DNA of 64,000 nt from an uncultured Selenomonadales bacterium (GCA_946411735.1 CAMKFB010000002.1:572-64571), one strand, 5' to 3'; positions 8,101-17,684 are shown, counted from the stretch's first letter. Numbers and translations: made by a program. The notes: a model not told the origin generated them from the sequence alone.

Positions 8101-9828
8101 TACGGCTTCTCCATCGATACCTCGACCTTGCAGTTTGCCGAGGGCTTATCAACCGATGCCGCGACGATCGGCAACGATATCGTGATCACCGCAACCGGCG
8201 ACTCCGTCGGCTCGATCACTCTCAAAGATGTCGTCGAACCTTCGACCGTCACCAATAAGATTGATCTCGTTTACATCGTCGACACCAGCGGCAGCATGGA
8301 TCAATACATCAACAAAATCAGAAACACCGCCGCGATTTTCGGAGACTACCTTACTGAACGGAACGTCGAGTTCAGGCTCGGGCTCGTCGAATACGATACG
8401 CGCGAATCCATCAGAAAATATGATTTCACCTCCGACATCAATACTTTCATCGGCAATGTGGATTACGTCCTCGGTAACAGCTTTGAGGACAATCAGGGCG
8501 CCGAATACGGTTTGAGTGCCATAACCGATCCCGATAACGGTGCGCTGTCTCTGAATTTCGATTCCGACGCCGATAAGTATTTTGTCGTCATCACCGACGA
8601 AGGCTATTGGGACAATAATTCAGACTCTGAGACTGTGATCGCTTCACTGCAGGCGGCGGACATTCAGCTCGACGTCATCGGCAGACTTCGTTCGAAGGCA
8701 CGATATATTCCCGGTTACGGATATCACACGGAAGATCTCGATTGTCAGCCGGAATGGGAGCCGATTGCCACGAGCACCGGCGGAGAATTTTATGATATTG
8801 ACGGTGATTATAATCGGGGGCTTCAAAAGATCGTTTCACCCACGACCGATGGTAAAACTGTCGTCATCAACCTCAGCCTTGCCGACAGCTCGACAAGCGG
8901 CTGCTTCGTGTTGGATGACGATTCGTCGAGGACCGCGGCATTCAAAACTGAAACTGTCGAGGGCGATACGATTGTCGGCTTTGTCAACGGCGATCACATC
9001 TACGAGGCTGCCGACGATTCGGCTCGACAGGAGATCAGGGTCACCTCCGATTGGAACGTCACTGCCACCGACAAAAAAGATGAAATAAAAATTTACGGTT
9101 CCGGCACGACAATCACCGGCGGCGGCGAAAAAGATTACATCACCATCAACAACGGAGTGTCGACCGTCACGCTCGCCGATCTTGATGTCGCCGAAGACGA
9201 TCTCACTTTCGTAAGCGGCATCACGCCCGGCGAGCTTGATTCCTCCGTCGAGAATGGGCAACTCGGTTTTTCTTCGACCGTCTTGTCTTTCGATATGTCC
9301 GATCAAAGCGCACTCACCTCCGACATCAAAAACTACACCGTCCACAACGGCGATAACGAACACACCATCGCCGATCTGCTTTACGGCACCGACACTCATC
9401 GCGTTTCGCTCTCGTTCATCAATTACGGCGCCAATCCCCGCCGAACTTATGTCACTAGCCTTGCCGACGTCGACGAGGGCTTTTTCGAGCTCACCGACGG
9501 CGACGGCAGCCGCTCGGTCTGGGGCGGCAATGACGGCGACGATACTCTCACCGGCACCGACGGCTATGACGAGTTCTTCTATCTTAAAACCAACGGCAAT
9601 GATGTGATCGAAAACGCCGGCGACAACGATCTGATCAATCTGCTAAACATCAGTCTCGAGGAGATTGATCTTGAAAGTTTCCCGTATGCGATCGGCGACG
9701 ACGCGACCACGATCAAGTTTAATGACGGCGGCTCGATCCGCGTCAACGGCACGTCGGAGGTCGGATTCAAGGTCGCCAATGTCGATTGCACGTTCTGCGT
9801 CAAGGATCGTCAGTGGGCGATAAAGTGA
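5158..9828 (+). CDS. Giant (1556 aa) RTX-like repeat / C-type lectin / vWA surface protein, no N-terminal signal peptide
   Basis: SD AAGGAGG 7 nt upstream. About 14 copies of an 18-20-aa x-G-x-G-N-D-x-I-x-N beta-roll-like repeat (about nt 5260-6060). A DGDGNDxxYxxDxxxDxLxxAxGLSTxxxxxGxDxxIxxxGxSxGSxTL module occurs 3 times. C-type lectin-like segment at about 7399-7855 (YYVF..WYSAEDFAESIGGNLVII..NYWMGA..YRWVDGT..WND..IVEW). vWA domain with MIDAS DTSGS at about 8260-8835. C-terminal RTX-type GGNDGDDTLTGTDGYDEFFY. Confidence 0.85.
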   Translation: MATINNSTSNTIISGTSDDDLIYNGSSMVYNDPSMVTIDADDGDDTVHNYGDSVTIDTGNGNDSIFNTNSNNVLISSGDDNDIIHNYRAPFTTIDAGAGNDFISNSYGSSLSAIELGDGNDTVHNYGDSVTIDTGNGNDSIHNSNGSNTMIDARAGDDEIYNSGTLVTISAGDGNDSIFNDDGSSVTVDSGAGNDSIYNRYSDSVMIFARIGNNYVNNDYRSSLSAINAGDGNDTIYNGGSLVTINTGDGDDSIINFYGSNVTINAGDGDDFIYDYGSSTTINAGADDDVISLGADVISLDGSSALIVYNDGDGNDSIYSYDSNTDTLNIADGLSTTSVQSGSDIIINVEGSSSGSITLVDVADSDTTVAPTPTVEPTPTVEYHEGSINAALTLSDADTSTGVYVVDGSVEIDSGTVYTATFATSTVSTDIVVGDVEELNYFARNVGRQSIEVSGDSWNVTATQFDDSVACSGENIIVNAGAGNDVINNTGASNEFHTGDGDDYVYNAAYRGQRRGSLTTIETGEGNDTIDSACYDVLINGGNGGDLISNYSSAVTIDAGSGDDYILNSKVTGDETVNVHYGHRFYGGIGYRTGAEVSIVGGDGNDTIENYGDDVTIDASGGNDVITLNEGSVRIVYTDGDGNDTVYGFDSDTVTLAIAEGLSTTSIQSGTDMIINVEGDSVGSLTLKNVYADIGSINAYVDLSIVRSGKTGSFFVTSSDTLSDGNAYHTALFQADGSVNIPADAVTYNNHSYYVFNDVNTDWYSAEDFAESIGGNLVIITSEGEQNVVQGMLESLDESVAKNNYWMGATIESTGEIDGVKQYNYRWVDGTPVDGNSYTHWQQYGRPQPDGDSGSIMMYYAVNPYATNSRGDWNDFSSSGVNGESFFGIENFGAIVEWNNEPSTVIGTVSSDHVYSAVSDIGKQSITVASDWFVTASDLDDSILITGDASTVEPGNGNDVISINGGSARIEYKDGNGDDTIYGFSIDTSTLQFAEGLSTDAATIGNDIVITATGDSVGSITLKDVVEPSTVTNKIDLVYIVDTSGSMDQYINKIRNTAAIFGDYLTERNVEFRLGLVEYDTRESIRKYDFTSDINTFIGNVDYVLGNSFEDNQGAEYGLSAITDPDNGALSLNFDSDADKYFVVITDEGYWDNNSDSETVIASLQAADIQLDVIGRLRSKARYIPGYGYHTEDLDCQPEWEPIATSTGGEFYDIDGDYNRGLQKIVSPTTDGKTVVINLSLADSSTSGCFVLDDDSSRTAAFKTETVEGDTIVGFVNGDHIYEAADDSARQEIRVTSDWNVTATDKKDEIKIYGSGTTITGGGEKDYITINNGVSTVTLADLDVAEDDLTFVSGITPGELDSSVENGQLGFSSTVLSFDMSDQSALTSDIKNYTVHNGDNEHTIADLLYGTDTHRVSLSFINYGANPRRTYVTSLADVDEGFFELTDGDGSRSVWGGNDGDDTLTGTDGYDEFFYLKTNGNDVIENAGDNDLINLLNISLEEIDLESFPYAIGDDATTIKFNDGGSIRVNGTSEVGFKVANVDCTFCVKDRQWAIK
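5293..5580 (+). repeat. 60-bp near-identical direct repeat inside the giant gene (5293-5352 and 5521-5580)
   Basis: accgtccacaacta[c/t]ggcgattcggtgacgatagacacaggtaatggcaacgattccatc occurs twice with 1 mismatch. The period is 228 bp, equal to four 19-aa repeat units. Confidence 0.9.
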
Positions 9829-9835
9829 GGTGCGG

Positions 9836-11986
9836 ATGATGTATAAAAAACGTTGGCTCAAAAAAAATCTGTCGGCGCTGATCGCCTGCGCCGGTCTGAT
9901 CACGTTTAATGTGCCGGGCTTTGCGGCAAGCGGCGCGTCCGATGTCGTGCATGGCGGCGGCGACGAGGAAAGTTCGGAGGATGTGACGGACAATACCGTA
10001 ATTGTTGAGTCCGGCTATGATGTTAAAGAAGTGATCGGCGGCGTATCGGCGGAAGGCGTTGTCAAGAACAATACGGTCGAGATCAACGGCGGATCGCTCG
10101 AAGGCGCGGTCGGCGGCGTGTCGGTCGTCAACAGCGAAGCGGGCAATGTCGCCGGCAATGTTGAAGGCAACAAAGTCATAATGCGCGGCGGCTCGGCGAA
10201 GTACATCTCGGGCGGTGAAGTCGGATATCTTTATCCGCGCGACGGCGACGAGACTCCCGACGTCACACAATCGAACTTTCAGGAGGGCGGCGAAGTCTCC
10301 TCTAATAAAGTCACGATCGAAGGCGGCAACGTCACCGGCGCGGTTGTCGGCGGCTCGGCTTTAACCGGCTCCGCGCGGAATAATTCCGTTGCGATCACCG
10401 GCGGCACGATCAGAGGACAAGTGATCGGCGGCATGGTTCGTTATTCGATCGAGCGATCGGAAGCGACCGGCAACACGATCACGATCGGCTTGGAAGACGA
10501 GGACAAAAGTTCGTCGATCGATTTGAGCAATGCCGAGCTGATCGGCGGCTGGCTGGGCGACGGCTCGGGCGGCTATTCTTACACCTCGGGCAACACGCTC
10601 AAGGTCACGAACGTCCATGATCTTGAGGTTCGGAGCATCAACGGTTTTGACAAGCTTGACTTCACGTTGCCGACGACGGGAGATGTGATGCTCAAAATCA
10701 CCGGCGGCGAAACGACGCTCGACGGCACGACGCTCAAGGTCGGCTCAAGCGGCGATAACGCTCGAGTGGAAACCGGATTGCAAGTCAATTTGATTCAGAA
10801 TGACAGCGGGCTCAGGTTGTCGAACATAAAATTGGAGGAACCTTTTATGGAAGGACACTCCATCGAACGCGAATTGGAGCTCATTACCGACGACGGTGAA
10901 ACGATCGCCGTCTTTAACAAAGATAACAAAGACGAGTTGGCGACGAGTGCGGCGCTCGACAGCGACGGTTTTTTGAGGACGAACGGTTTTCATGCGCGGG
11001 TCGGTGATATCATTAAGCTCAACGACAAAATAAACGAACTTACCAATAATGGCGACATCCTCGGTCATACCGCGCAGAATATAATTCAAAACGTCATCAA
11101 GGATTGGAAACCGCCCGAAGAAGAGTTCCGCGAGATTCAAGATGAAGATGTCGAAGTCAGCAATGAGATGAAGGTTTTTTCGGGCGGCAACGGCAGTGCG
11201 CTCCGAGTAAAGCTCAGCGACGGCGGGCACATTCGCAATAATGTTGTCGGGCTTGGGATCGGCGGCGCCAAAACTCTCGTCAACAAAGGAAACGGCAATC
11301 ATTTCAGCTTTGCGCCGCTCATCGATCACGGCAAGGGCAAGTTTGACACTTACACGGAGAACGGCAATCACGGCAAAGGCGATACACAGTTCAGCGGCGG
11401 AGGATTTATCGCGCGACGGATGCTCACCAACGGTTTTTATTACGAGGGCAGCCTGCATTACGGGCGCGCAAGGTCGTCCTTCGAGTCTAATGACTTCGAT
11501 CGCGATTCCAACGACAGCACGTATGATTCTTACGATATGTCGGCACCGATCATTGCGGGGCATATCAACATCGGCAAACTGTTTGCGATCAATCGCGAGA
11601 ACACCGTCCACGTCTACGGTCAATATTTGCACTCGCACCAGGGCTCGATGTCAACGCATCTTTTGAACGGCGATCATTACGAATTTGACAGCGTCAATGA
11701 CGGGACGTTTGTCGCGGGCATTCGCTTCATCAATCAGCCCAACAAGGTGAACAAGTTTTATTCGGGCTTCGCTTATCAGTACGATCACAGCAGCGGCTCG
11801 TCGGCGGTGCATAAGGGTCAACGGACGCATGAGGTCGATTCAAACGGCAGCAGCGGCATGTTCGAGCTCGGTTGGGAGATCAAACCGCACGCGGCAATCC
11901 CTTGGGTGGTCGATCTCGGAGCGGTCGGTTGGATCGGTCAGCAGAAGGGCTTGACGTTCCACGCGAAGGTTAAAAAATCTTTCTGA
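9836..11986 (+). CDS. Type Va autotransporter (beta-helical passenger + C-terminal beta-barrel)
   Basis: ATG 9836/9839 follows GTGAGGTG. Signal peptide ..[23 protein letters not shown]. Passenger has iterated N-x-V-x-I-x-GG-x-V-x-G-x-V-GG repeats. The C-terminal ~270 aa have alternating hydrophobics and end ..[12 protein letters not shown] (terminal Phe). Confidence 0.8.
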   Translation: MMYKKRWLKKNLSALIACAGLITFNVPGFAASGASDVVHGGGDEESSEDVTDNTVIVESGYDVKEVIGGVSAEGVVKNNTVEINGGSLEGAVGGVSVVNSEAGNVAGNVEGNKVIMRGGSAKYISGGEVGYLYPRDGDETPDVTQSNFQEGGEVSSNKVTIEGGNVTGAVVGGSALTGSARNNSVAITGGTIRGQVIGGMVRYSIERSEATGNTITIGLEDEDKSSSIDLSNAELIGGWLGDGSGGYSYTSGNTLKVTNVHDLEVRSINGFDKLDFTLPTTGDVMLKITGGETTLDGTTLKVGSSGDNARVETGLQVNLIQNDSGLRLSNIKLEEPFMEGHSIERELELITDDGETIAVFNKDNKDELATSAALDSDGFLRTNGFHARVGDIIKLNDKINELTNNGDILGHTAQNIIQNVIKDWKPPEEEFREIQDEDVEVSNEMKVFSGGNGSALRVKLSDGGHIRNNVVGLGIGGAKTLVNKGNGNHFSFAPLIDHGKGKFDTYTENGNHGKGDTQFSGGGFIARRMLTNGFYYEGSLHYGRARSSFESNDFDRDSNDSTYDSYDMSAPIIAGHINIGKLFAINRENTVHVYGQYLHSHQGSMSTHLLNGDHYEFDSVNDGTFVAGIRFINQPNKVNKFYSGFAYQYDHSSGSSAVHKGQRTHEVDSNGSSGMFELGWEIKPHAAIPWVVDLGAVGWIGQQKGLTFHAKVKKSF

Positions 11987-12013
11987 GCTCCGCGCGGAGC
12001 CGACAAGATTTTT

Positions 12014-12039
12014 GGAGCCGAGGAGGCTCCGTTTTTTTT
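12014..12039 (+). terminator. Rho-independent terminator after the autotransporter gene
   Basis: GGAGCC (12014-12019), loop GAGGA, GGCTCC (12025-12030), then G + T8 (12032-12039). Confidence 0.75.
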
Positions 12040-12042
12040 CGC

Positions 12043-12071
12043 TTTACTTTGCACGGGCGAGAATGTATACT
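12043..12071 (+). promoter_or_regulatory. Candidate sigma-70-type promoter of ribBA
   Basis: TTTACT (12043-12048), 17 nt, TATACT (12066-12071), with TG just upstream. The -35 is weak. Confidence 0.35.
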
Positions 12072-12085
12072 TCAATTGGGGTGAT

Positions 12086-13282
12086 ATGATGAATGATTTT
12101 GCAACCGTCGAACAGGCAATCGATGACATCAAGCACGGCAAGATGGTGGTTGTGGTCGACGATGAGGATCGCGAGAACGAGGGCGATCTCATTTGCGCCG
12201 CCGAGACCGTCACGCCCGCCGACATAAATTTCATGGCCACTTACGCCAAAGGTTTAATCTGCACGCCCATCGACGGCAAGCGCCTCGACGAGCTCAACAT
12301 TAATCAGATGGTCGTCAACAACACCGACAATCACGAGACCGCCTTTACCGTCTCGATTGACGCCTTCGACACGGCGACCGGCATCTCCGCCTACGAACGT
12401 TGCCGCACCATTAAACTGCTGATCGATCCGACCGCTAAGGCGTCGAGCTTCCGTCGACCGGGGCATGTTTTTCCGCTCCGCTCGGTCGAGGGCGGCGTCC
12501 TTCGTCGAGCCGGTCACACCGAGACCACCACCGATCTGGCGCGGCTTGCCGGATTTTATCCCGCCGGACTTTGTTGCGAGATCATGGACGATGACGGGCA
12601 TATGATGCGTACCGAGCGCTTGAAAGAATTTGCCGCGCATCACAGACTCAATATCATCACCGTCCAAGCGCTGATCGAGTATCGCAAGCGGACGGAGAAA
12701 TTCGTCCGACTGATCGCCGACGTCAACTTCCCGAGCCGCTTCGGTTGCTTCCGACTCAAGGCTTATGAGAGCACGCTCGACGGCAAGTGCCATCTGGCGA
12801 TCGTCAAGGGCGATGTCGCCGGCAAATCGAATGTGCTCGTGCGGGTGCATTCGGAGTGCTTGACGGGAGATGCGCTCGGTTCTCTTCGATGCGATTGCGG
12901 AGATCAATTGCATCAGGCGCTGGAGCGTATCGAGCACGAGGGCGAAGGCGTAGTGCTTTACATGCGTCAAGAGGGGCGCGGGATCGGGCTGGCGAATAAG
13001 ATGAAGGCGTACGCACTGCAGGATCAGGGTAAAGACACCGTCGAGGCGAATATCTTATTGGGCTTCGCGCCGGATTTGAGAGATTACGGGATTGGCGCAC
13101 AGATATTAGCCGATCTCGGGCTGTCGACGATCCGATTGATGACAAACAATCCGGCGAAACGCGCGGGGCTGGAAGGGCATGGGCTCAAGATAGTCGAGCG
13201 GGTGCCTATTGTAGCCGAGCCGACCTGTTTCGATAAGCATTATCTCGACGTCAAAAAAGAAAAAATGGGTCACGAGTTATAA
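12086..13282 (+). CDS. ribBA: Bifunctional 3,4-dihydroxy-2-butanone-4-phosphate synthase / GTP cyclohydrolase II
   Basis: [16 protein letters not shown] (DHBP synthase), then [36 protein letters not shown] (GCH II). Confidence 0.95.
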   Translation: MMNDFATVEQAIDDIKHGKMVVVVDDEDRENEGDLICAAETVTPADINFMATYAKGLICTPIDGKRLDELNINQMVVNNTDNHETAFTVSIDAFDTATGISAYERCRTIKLLIDPTAKASSFRRPGHVFPLRSVEGGVLRRAGHTETTTDLARLAGFYPAGLCCEIMDDDGHMMRTERLKEFAAHHRLNIITVQALIEYRKRTEKFVRLIADVNFPSRFGCFRLKAYESTLDGKCHLAIVKGDVAGKSNVLVRVHSECLTGDALGSLRCDCGDQLHQALERIEHEGEGVVLYMRQEGRGIGLANKMKAYALQDQGKDTVEANILLGFAPDLRDYGIGAQILADLGLSTIRLMTNNPAKRAGLEGHGLKIVERVPIVAEPTCFDKHYLDVKKEKMGHEL

Positions 13283-13295
13283 GGAGGAAAAATTT

Positions 13296-13670
13296 ATGAG
13301 CAGAATTTTCGTCAGCGAGGACAAACAGTCAATGGTGATGCTCCTCAAGGGCACCGTCGAGACCATTAACAACGGCAGCAAGATGATCCCCATGGGCGCC
13401 AATACCGTCGATGCCGCCGTCGAAAAGCACGTCCCCACCATTAAGGTCGAGGGCAAAACCGTCAGCGTCAAGGTCGGCAGCGTCGAGCATCCCATGACGG
13501 AGTCTCATCTCATCGAGTGGATTTATCTCCAGACGAAAAAAGGCGGGCAGTACCGCCATCTGTCACCCGTCGACAAGCCCGAGGCGACGTTCATTGTTGC
13601 CGACGATGACGAGCCGATCGCCGTCTACGAGCATTGCAACCTGCACGGACTTTGGAAGGCTGATATCTGA
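13296..13670 (+). CDS. Superoxide reductase (desulfoferrodoxin-family, 1Fe type lacking the N-terminal CxxC centre)
   Basis: [43 protein letters not shown] is the SOR centre II signature. No Cys in the N-terminal 40 aa. Confidence 0.85.
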   Translation: MSRIFVSEDKQSMVMLLKGTVETINNGSKMIPMGANTVDAAVEKHVPTIKVEGKTVSVKVGSVEHPMTESHLIEWIYLQTKKGGQYRHLSPVDKPEATFIVADDDEPIAVYEHCNLHGLWKADI

Positions 13671-13683
13671 TCGGAGGCGCGTT

Positions 13684-14148
13684 ATGCCCAATATCATCGA
13701 AGGCAATATCACCGGTCGCGGGCTCAAGTTCGCGATCGTCGTGTCGAGATTCAACGAGTTCATCACGTCGAAACTGCTCGGCGGCGCGCTCGATATGCTC
13801 CGCCGTCACGAAACCAACGAGGATGATATCGACGTCATTTGGGTGCCGGGCGCATTCGAAATTCCGTTGCTCGCAAAAAAATTGGCATCGAGTAAAAAAT
13901 ACGACGCCGTCATTTGCTTGGGAGCGGTGATCCGAGGCTCGACCACGCATTACGATTATGTCTGCAACGAAGTATCGAAGGGGATCGCGACGGTCGGGCT
14001 GTCGACGGGCGTGCCGACCATCTTCGGCGTCGTCACCACCGAGAACATCGAACAGGCAATCGAGCGCGCGGGAACCAAGGCAGGCAATAAGGGAGCCGAC
14101 GCCGCCGTCAGCGCAATGGAGATGGCGAACCTCCTCAAATCGATCTGA
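13684..14148 (+). CDS. ribH: 6,7-dimethyl-8-ribityllumazine synthase
   Basis: ATG 13684. [53 protein letters not shown]. The ORF-track start 13594 overlaps the SOR gene. Confidence 0.95.
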   Translation: MPNIIEGNITGRGLKFAIVVSRFNEFITSKLLGGALDMLRRHETNEDDIDVIWVPGAFEIPLLAKKLASSKKYDAVICLGAVIRGSTTHYDYVCNEVSKGIATVGLSTGVPTIFGVVTTENIEQAIERAGTKAGNKGADAAVSAMEMANLLKSI

Positions 14149-14845
14149 CGGCAGTGATCGCAAACAACGGCACTCGATCGAAGTCAAGACTCTTATCCCG
14201 ATGCACGAGCGGCGCAATGTCCTCGTCGACCGTCACATCAAAGCCGAGCGCGCGAAGAACTTCAGCATCCCACGACGGACGGCGCCGCCGACTGATCTCC
14301 AGCGCCTCTTTGATCAGATTGCACTCGTCAAGCTGATTTTCCGTCACATCGCCGCGCGCACACGTCGTTACATCAAAAAAATTCTTGTCGCCGTAATCCG
14401 AATCAAAATTCATCAGCACGCCGCCGATCTTCAGCACCCGTCGCCACTCCCGATAAGCGCCCTCGACATCAGGCAGCGTCCACGTCAAATTGCGGCTGAT
14501 CACCGCGTCAAAACTTTCGTCGTCGAATTTCAAATCGTCCGCGCTCATCTCGAGCAGCCGCGCGCGACTATCGAACAACGTCAAATTTTGTTCGGCTTCC
14601 TTCAACATCTCCCTCGACAAGTCAATCCCCGTCACATCATGCCCGCGTCGAGACATCAGCACCGCGAAAAAGCCCGCGCCCGTCCCGACGTCGAGCACTT
14701 TATAAAAACTCCGCGCGGAGATTTTTTTTTCGATATAACTCAGCCAAGCATCGGCGTCCGCACTCTCGAGCTCCCGCCGTCGAACTCGACCGAAATCCTC
14801 ACTGCGCTTATCCCAATAATTTTTGATCCGATCCTCAATCGACAT
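14135..14845 (-). CDS. Class I SAM-dependent methyltransferase
   Basis: [28 protein letters not shown] (motif I) and [20 protein letters not shown] 14845 shares one base with the upstream TGA (TGATG). SD GGAGG. Confidence 0.8.
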   Translation of the reverse strand: MSIEDRIKNYWDKRSEDFGRVRRRELESADADAWLSYIEKKISARSFYKVLDVGTGAGFFAVLMSRRGHDVTGIDLSREMLKEAEQNLTLFDSRARLLEMSADDLKFDDESFDAVISRNLTWTLPDVEGAYREWRRVLKIGGVLMNFDSDYGDKNFFDVTTCARGDVTENQLDECNLIKEALEISRRRRPSWDAEVLRALGFDVTVDEDIAPLVHRDKSLDFDRVPLFAITAVRSI

Positions 14846-15594
14846 CAATTCGCCTCCGTCGAAAATATTTCCGCTGCCAATAATTCTCGTGTCCACTCCG
14901 ATTGCGGGCGCTTGATCACGTCCTCGACCGCGCCCGTCTCCACGACTCGCCCGTCGTGCATCACCATCACTCGCTCGACCAATGTCGGCAGTATCGCAAG
15001 GTTGTGCGTGATGAACAGCAACGCGATCCCGCGCTCGACGCTCAATCGCCGCAAAAGCCCCGTCACTTGCGCCTGTACTTTGACGTCAAGCGCCGAGGTC
15101 GCCTCGTCGCATATCAATAGTTTCGGCTCCAACGCCAGCGCTCGCGCGATCGCCGCCCGCTGACATTGCCCGCCGCTTACCTCGTGCGGATATCGCTTCG
15201 CCAACTCGACCGGCAGCCCGACCGCCTTCAACAATTCTTCGACCCGCGCCTCAACATTCGGCATCGACCAACGACGCAACGGCTCACCGACGCTCCAGCC
15301 CAATGTCCGTCGCGGATTAAACGCCTCCTCCGGATTTTGAAAGATCATCTGCATCTTGCGATACACCGCGCGGAGCCGCACGCCCGTCAGGCGCGTGATG
15401 TCCTCGCCGTCGAATGTGATCGAGCCGCCGTCGGCATCGATCAGCCGCGCGATCAATTTGACCAGCGTCGACTTGCCGCAACCCGACCGCCCCACGATCC
15501 CAAGCCGCTCACCCGCGTCAAACTCAAAACTCACGCCGTCAAGCACCACGCGCCCGTCGAATATTTTTCTCAGTCCGTCGACCTTCAACATCAT
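14845..15594 (-). CDS. ABC transporter ATP-binding protein (NikE/OppF/DppF-like)
   Basis: Walker A GRSGCGKST, signature VSGGQCQR, Walker B LLICDEATSALD. ATG 15594 forms an ATGA overlap with the TPR gene stop. Alternative starts at 15615 and 15591. Confidence 0.9.
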   Translation of the reverse strand: MMLKVDGLRKIFDGRVVLDGVSFEFDAGERLGIVGRSGCGKSTLVKLIARLIDADGGSITFDGEDITRLTGVRLRAVYRKMQMIFQNPEEAFNPRRTLGWSVGEPLRRWSMPNVEARVEELLKAVGLPVELAKRYPHEVSGGQCQRAAIARALALEPKLLICDEATSALDVKVQAQVTGLLRRLSVERGIALLFITHNLAILPTLVERVMVMHDGRVVETGAVEDVIKRPQSEWTRELLAAEIFSTEAN

Positions 15595-16943
15595 TGGCTC
15601 AACAGCCGCCGACAATTTTCGAGCTCGTTGCGCGCCTCAGGACGATCCGGCGCCAACTTCAACACTTTCTCGAAATCCGCCAGCGCCTTCTCGTAATCGC
15701 CGAGTTCTTTATACGCACGCCCGCGTTGGAAATACCTTTCACCATCCGCGCCGCCCAACTCCAGCGCCTTCGTAAAATCTTTGAGCGCCGCTCGATAATC
15801 CTTCATCTCCATTCGGACAGCCCCGCGCCAATAATATGCCAACGGCTTGTCCTCCGATTTAAACCGGATGTAATGAGTAAACGCCTTCAACGCCGCTTCG
15901 TAATTCTCGGCGCCAAAGTACGCATACCCCAAATAAAAATACGTCGGCTTATACGACGGCTCCAACGCCGCCGCCTTCTCGAGATCGGCAACCGCCGCCT
16001 CGTATTCGTCGAGCAAGTTATACGTCCGCCCGCGAAGCGAATAATATCGACCCGACGCGTTCTCATCATTCTTGATCGCCGCATTAAACTCATCCAACGA
16101 CGCCTTGTACTTCTCGGCGTCAAAATACATCACACCAAGACAAAAATGCGCCCACGCGTTATCGGGCTCGAGCTCGAGCGCCCGCGTAAAATCCTTCATC
16201 GATTTTTCTTTGTCGTTAAGAGTCCCGTAGACCCGACCTCGATTGATGTACGGCGCCGCATTTTCGGGCTCAAGCTCGATCGCGCGGTTGAGATCCGGCA
16301 ACGCCCGCTCGTATTCACCAAGCGAAACATACGCGTCGCCGCGCCCCGCAAATGCAGGCGGATATTGCTCCGCCGCGTTGTCAATTACAACCGTCAAGTC
16401 CGCCGCCGCCCGACGATAATCACACAAATCCAACCGTATCAGCCCGCGACCAAAATACGACGCATAGTCATCGGGGTCGAGCGCGATCACGCGCGTAAAA
16501 TCCGCCGCCGCCTCCCGCAATTGATTCAACTCGCCGTACTCGCAAGCACGCCGATAATATGCGTCCGCGCTTCGCGGATAATAGCCCAGATACTTCGTGT
16601 AATCCGCCACCGCCTTCTGATGGCAACCCAAACTTCTATAGGCATCCGCGCGGTTGAAATAACAGTTGGGCTTATCGGGATCGAGCTTGATCGCGACGGA
16701 AAAATCCTCGATCGCGCGCCGATAATTGCCCGCCTCGCCGTGGGCGCAACCGCGATAGAAATGCATCTCGGCACTCTTGGGCATAAGCCTGATGGCTGTC
16801 GAAAAATCGTCGATCGCGCGCCTGAAGTCTTTGAGATCGACGTAGGCGAACGCGCGCTCGACATGCGGCTCGACCAAATTCGGCTCGGTCTTGATGAGTT
16901 TCGTGCACCGCGCGATAATTTGTTGTGCATTTTCTACGGACAT
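15591..16943 (-). CDS. Tetratricopeptide (TPR) repeat protein embedded in the ABC operon
   Basis: More than 10 34-aa units with recurring A-I-x-D-F-x-x-A-I-x-L-x-P (AIDDFSTAIRLMP, AIEDFSVAIKLDP, AAADFTRVIALDP, ALPDLNRAIELEP, SMKDFTRALELEP ..). ATG 16943 follows AGGGAG. Confidence 0.85.
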   Translation of the reverse strand: MSVENAQQIIARCTKLIKTEPNLVEPHVERAFAYVDLKDFRRAIDDFSTAIRLMPKSAEMHFYRGCAHGEAGNYRRAIEDFSVAIKLDPDKPNCYFNRADAYRSLGCHQKAVADYTKYLGYYPRSADAYYRRACEYGELNQLREAAADFTRVIALDPDDYASYFGRGLIRLDLCDYRRAAADLTVVIDNAAEQYPPAFAGRGDAYVSLGEYERALPDLNRAIELEPENAAPYINRGRVYGTLNDKEKSMKDFTRALELEPDNAWAHFCLGVMYFDAEKYKASLDEFNAAIKNDENASGRYYSLRGRTYNLLDEYEAAVADLEKAAALEPSYKPTYFYLGYAYFGAENYEAALKAFTHYIRFKSEDKPLAYYWRGAVRMEMKDYRAALKDFTKALELGGADGERYFQRGRAYKELGDYEKALADFEKVLKLAPDRPEARNELENCRRLLSQ

Positions 16944-16994
16944 GGCAATCACTCCCTTCGACGCAAGTCTAGCAAAACTCATCGGGAGTGTCAA

Positions 16995-17684
16995 TCAAGC
17001 GGCGACGGCGGCGCTGCTGTTTTGCACGACCAAAATTTTGTCGGCGATAAAATTGGCGACGCCCGGGTGGTGCGTGACGAGCACGATCGACAAGCCAAAG
17101 CGGCGTCGGAGGTTGAGCAGTTCCTTGACGACATCGGCTTGAGTGACGGTGTCGAGCGCGGAAGTAGGCTCGTCGGCGAGTAAAAGTTTCGGCTCGAGAA
17201 TGATTGCGGCCAGGATGCCGGCGCGTTGAGCCATGCCGCCGCTCAAGCGGAAAGGATATTCGTCGAGCACGCGCGAAGGGAGATTGATTTTGCTCATCAA
17301 CGCCTCCGCGCGGAGAGTGAATTGAGCGCGCGACCAATCGGTGTGTGCTCGGACAGCTTCGTAAATCTGATCGCCGATGGTTCGGATCGGGCAAAACGAC
17401 GCGACGGGATTTTGAAAGATCGTTGCGATCGAACTGCCGGCGAGTTGACGGCGTTGGCGGTCGTCGAGCGCGGTGATGTCGCGTCCGTCGAAAGTGATGG
17501 AGCCGCCGCTGATTCGACCGTTGTGCCCGAGCAGTCCGTTGATCGCCTTGAGCACGGTCGACTTGCCCGAGCCCGATTCGCCCACAATCGCAAGAATTTC
17601 GCCGCGCTCAAGATCGAAGCTGATATTCTCGATGACGGTTTGAACGCCGTAACTGACGGATAAATTTTTGATCGATAAAATCAT
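16995..17684 (-). CDS. ABC transporter ATP-binding protein (NikD/OppD/DppD-like)
   Basis: Walker A GESGSGKST, signature LSGGMAQR, Walker B LLLADEPTSALD. ATG 17684 follows AGAGAGG. Confidence 0.9.
   Translation of the reverse strand: MILSIKNLSVSYGVQTVIENISFDLERGEILAIVGESGSGKSTVLKAINGLLGHNGRISGGSITFDGRDITALDDRQRRQLAGSSIATIFQNPVASFCPIRTIGDQIYEAVRAHTDWSRAQFTLRAEALMSKINLPSRVLDEYPFRLSGGMAQRAGILAAIILEPKLLLADEPTSALDTVTQADVVKELLNLRRRFGLSIVLVTHHPGVANFIADKILVVQNSSAAVAA

Noticed and set aside
11987-12085. Possible FMN (RFN) riboswitch upstream of ribBA
   Set aside because: Only 99 nt are available. They are occupied by a palindrome, a terminator hairpin and a promoter-like element. None of the conserved RFN core sequence is visible.
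15594-17183. 529-aa plus-strand ORF. Similar long shadow ORFs occur at 27016-28863, 10745-11638, 39728-40885, 50847-52220, 60662-61915, 58841-60112, 2985-3734 and 62313-63149.
   Set aside because: All are antisense to genes with clear family signatures. They lack SDs and encode R/P/G-rich sequence with no motifs.
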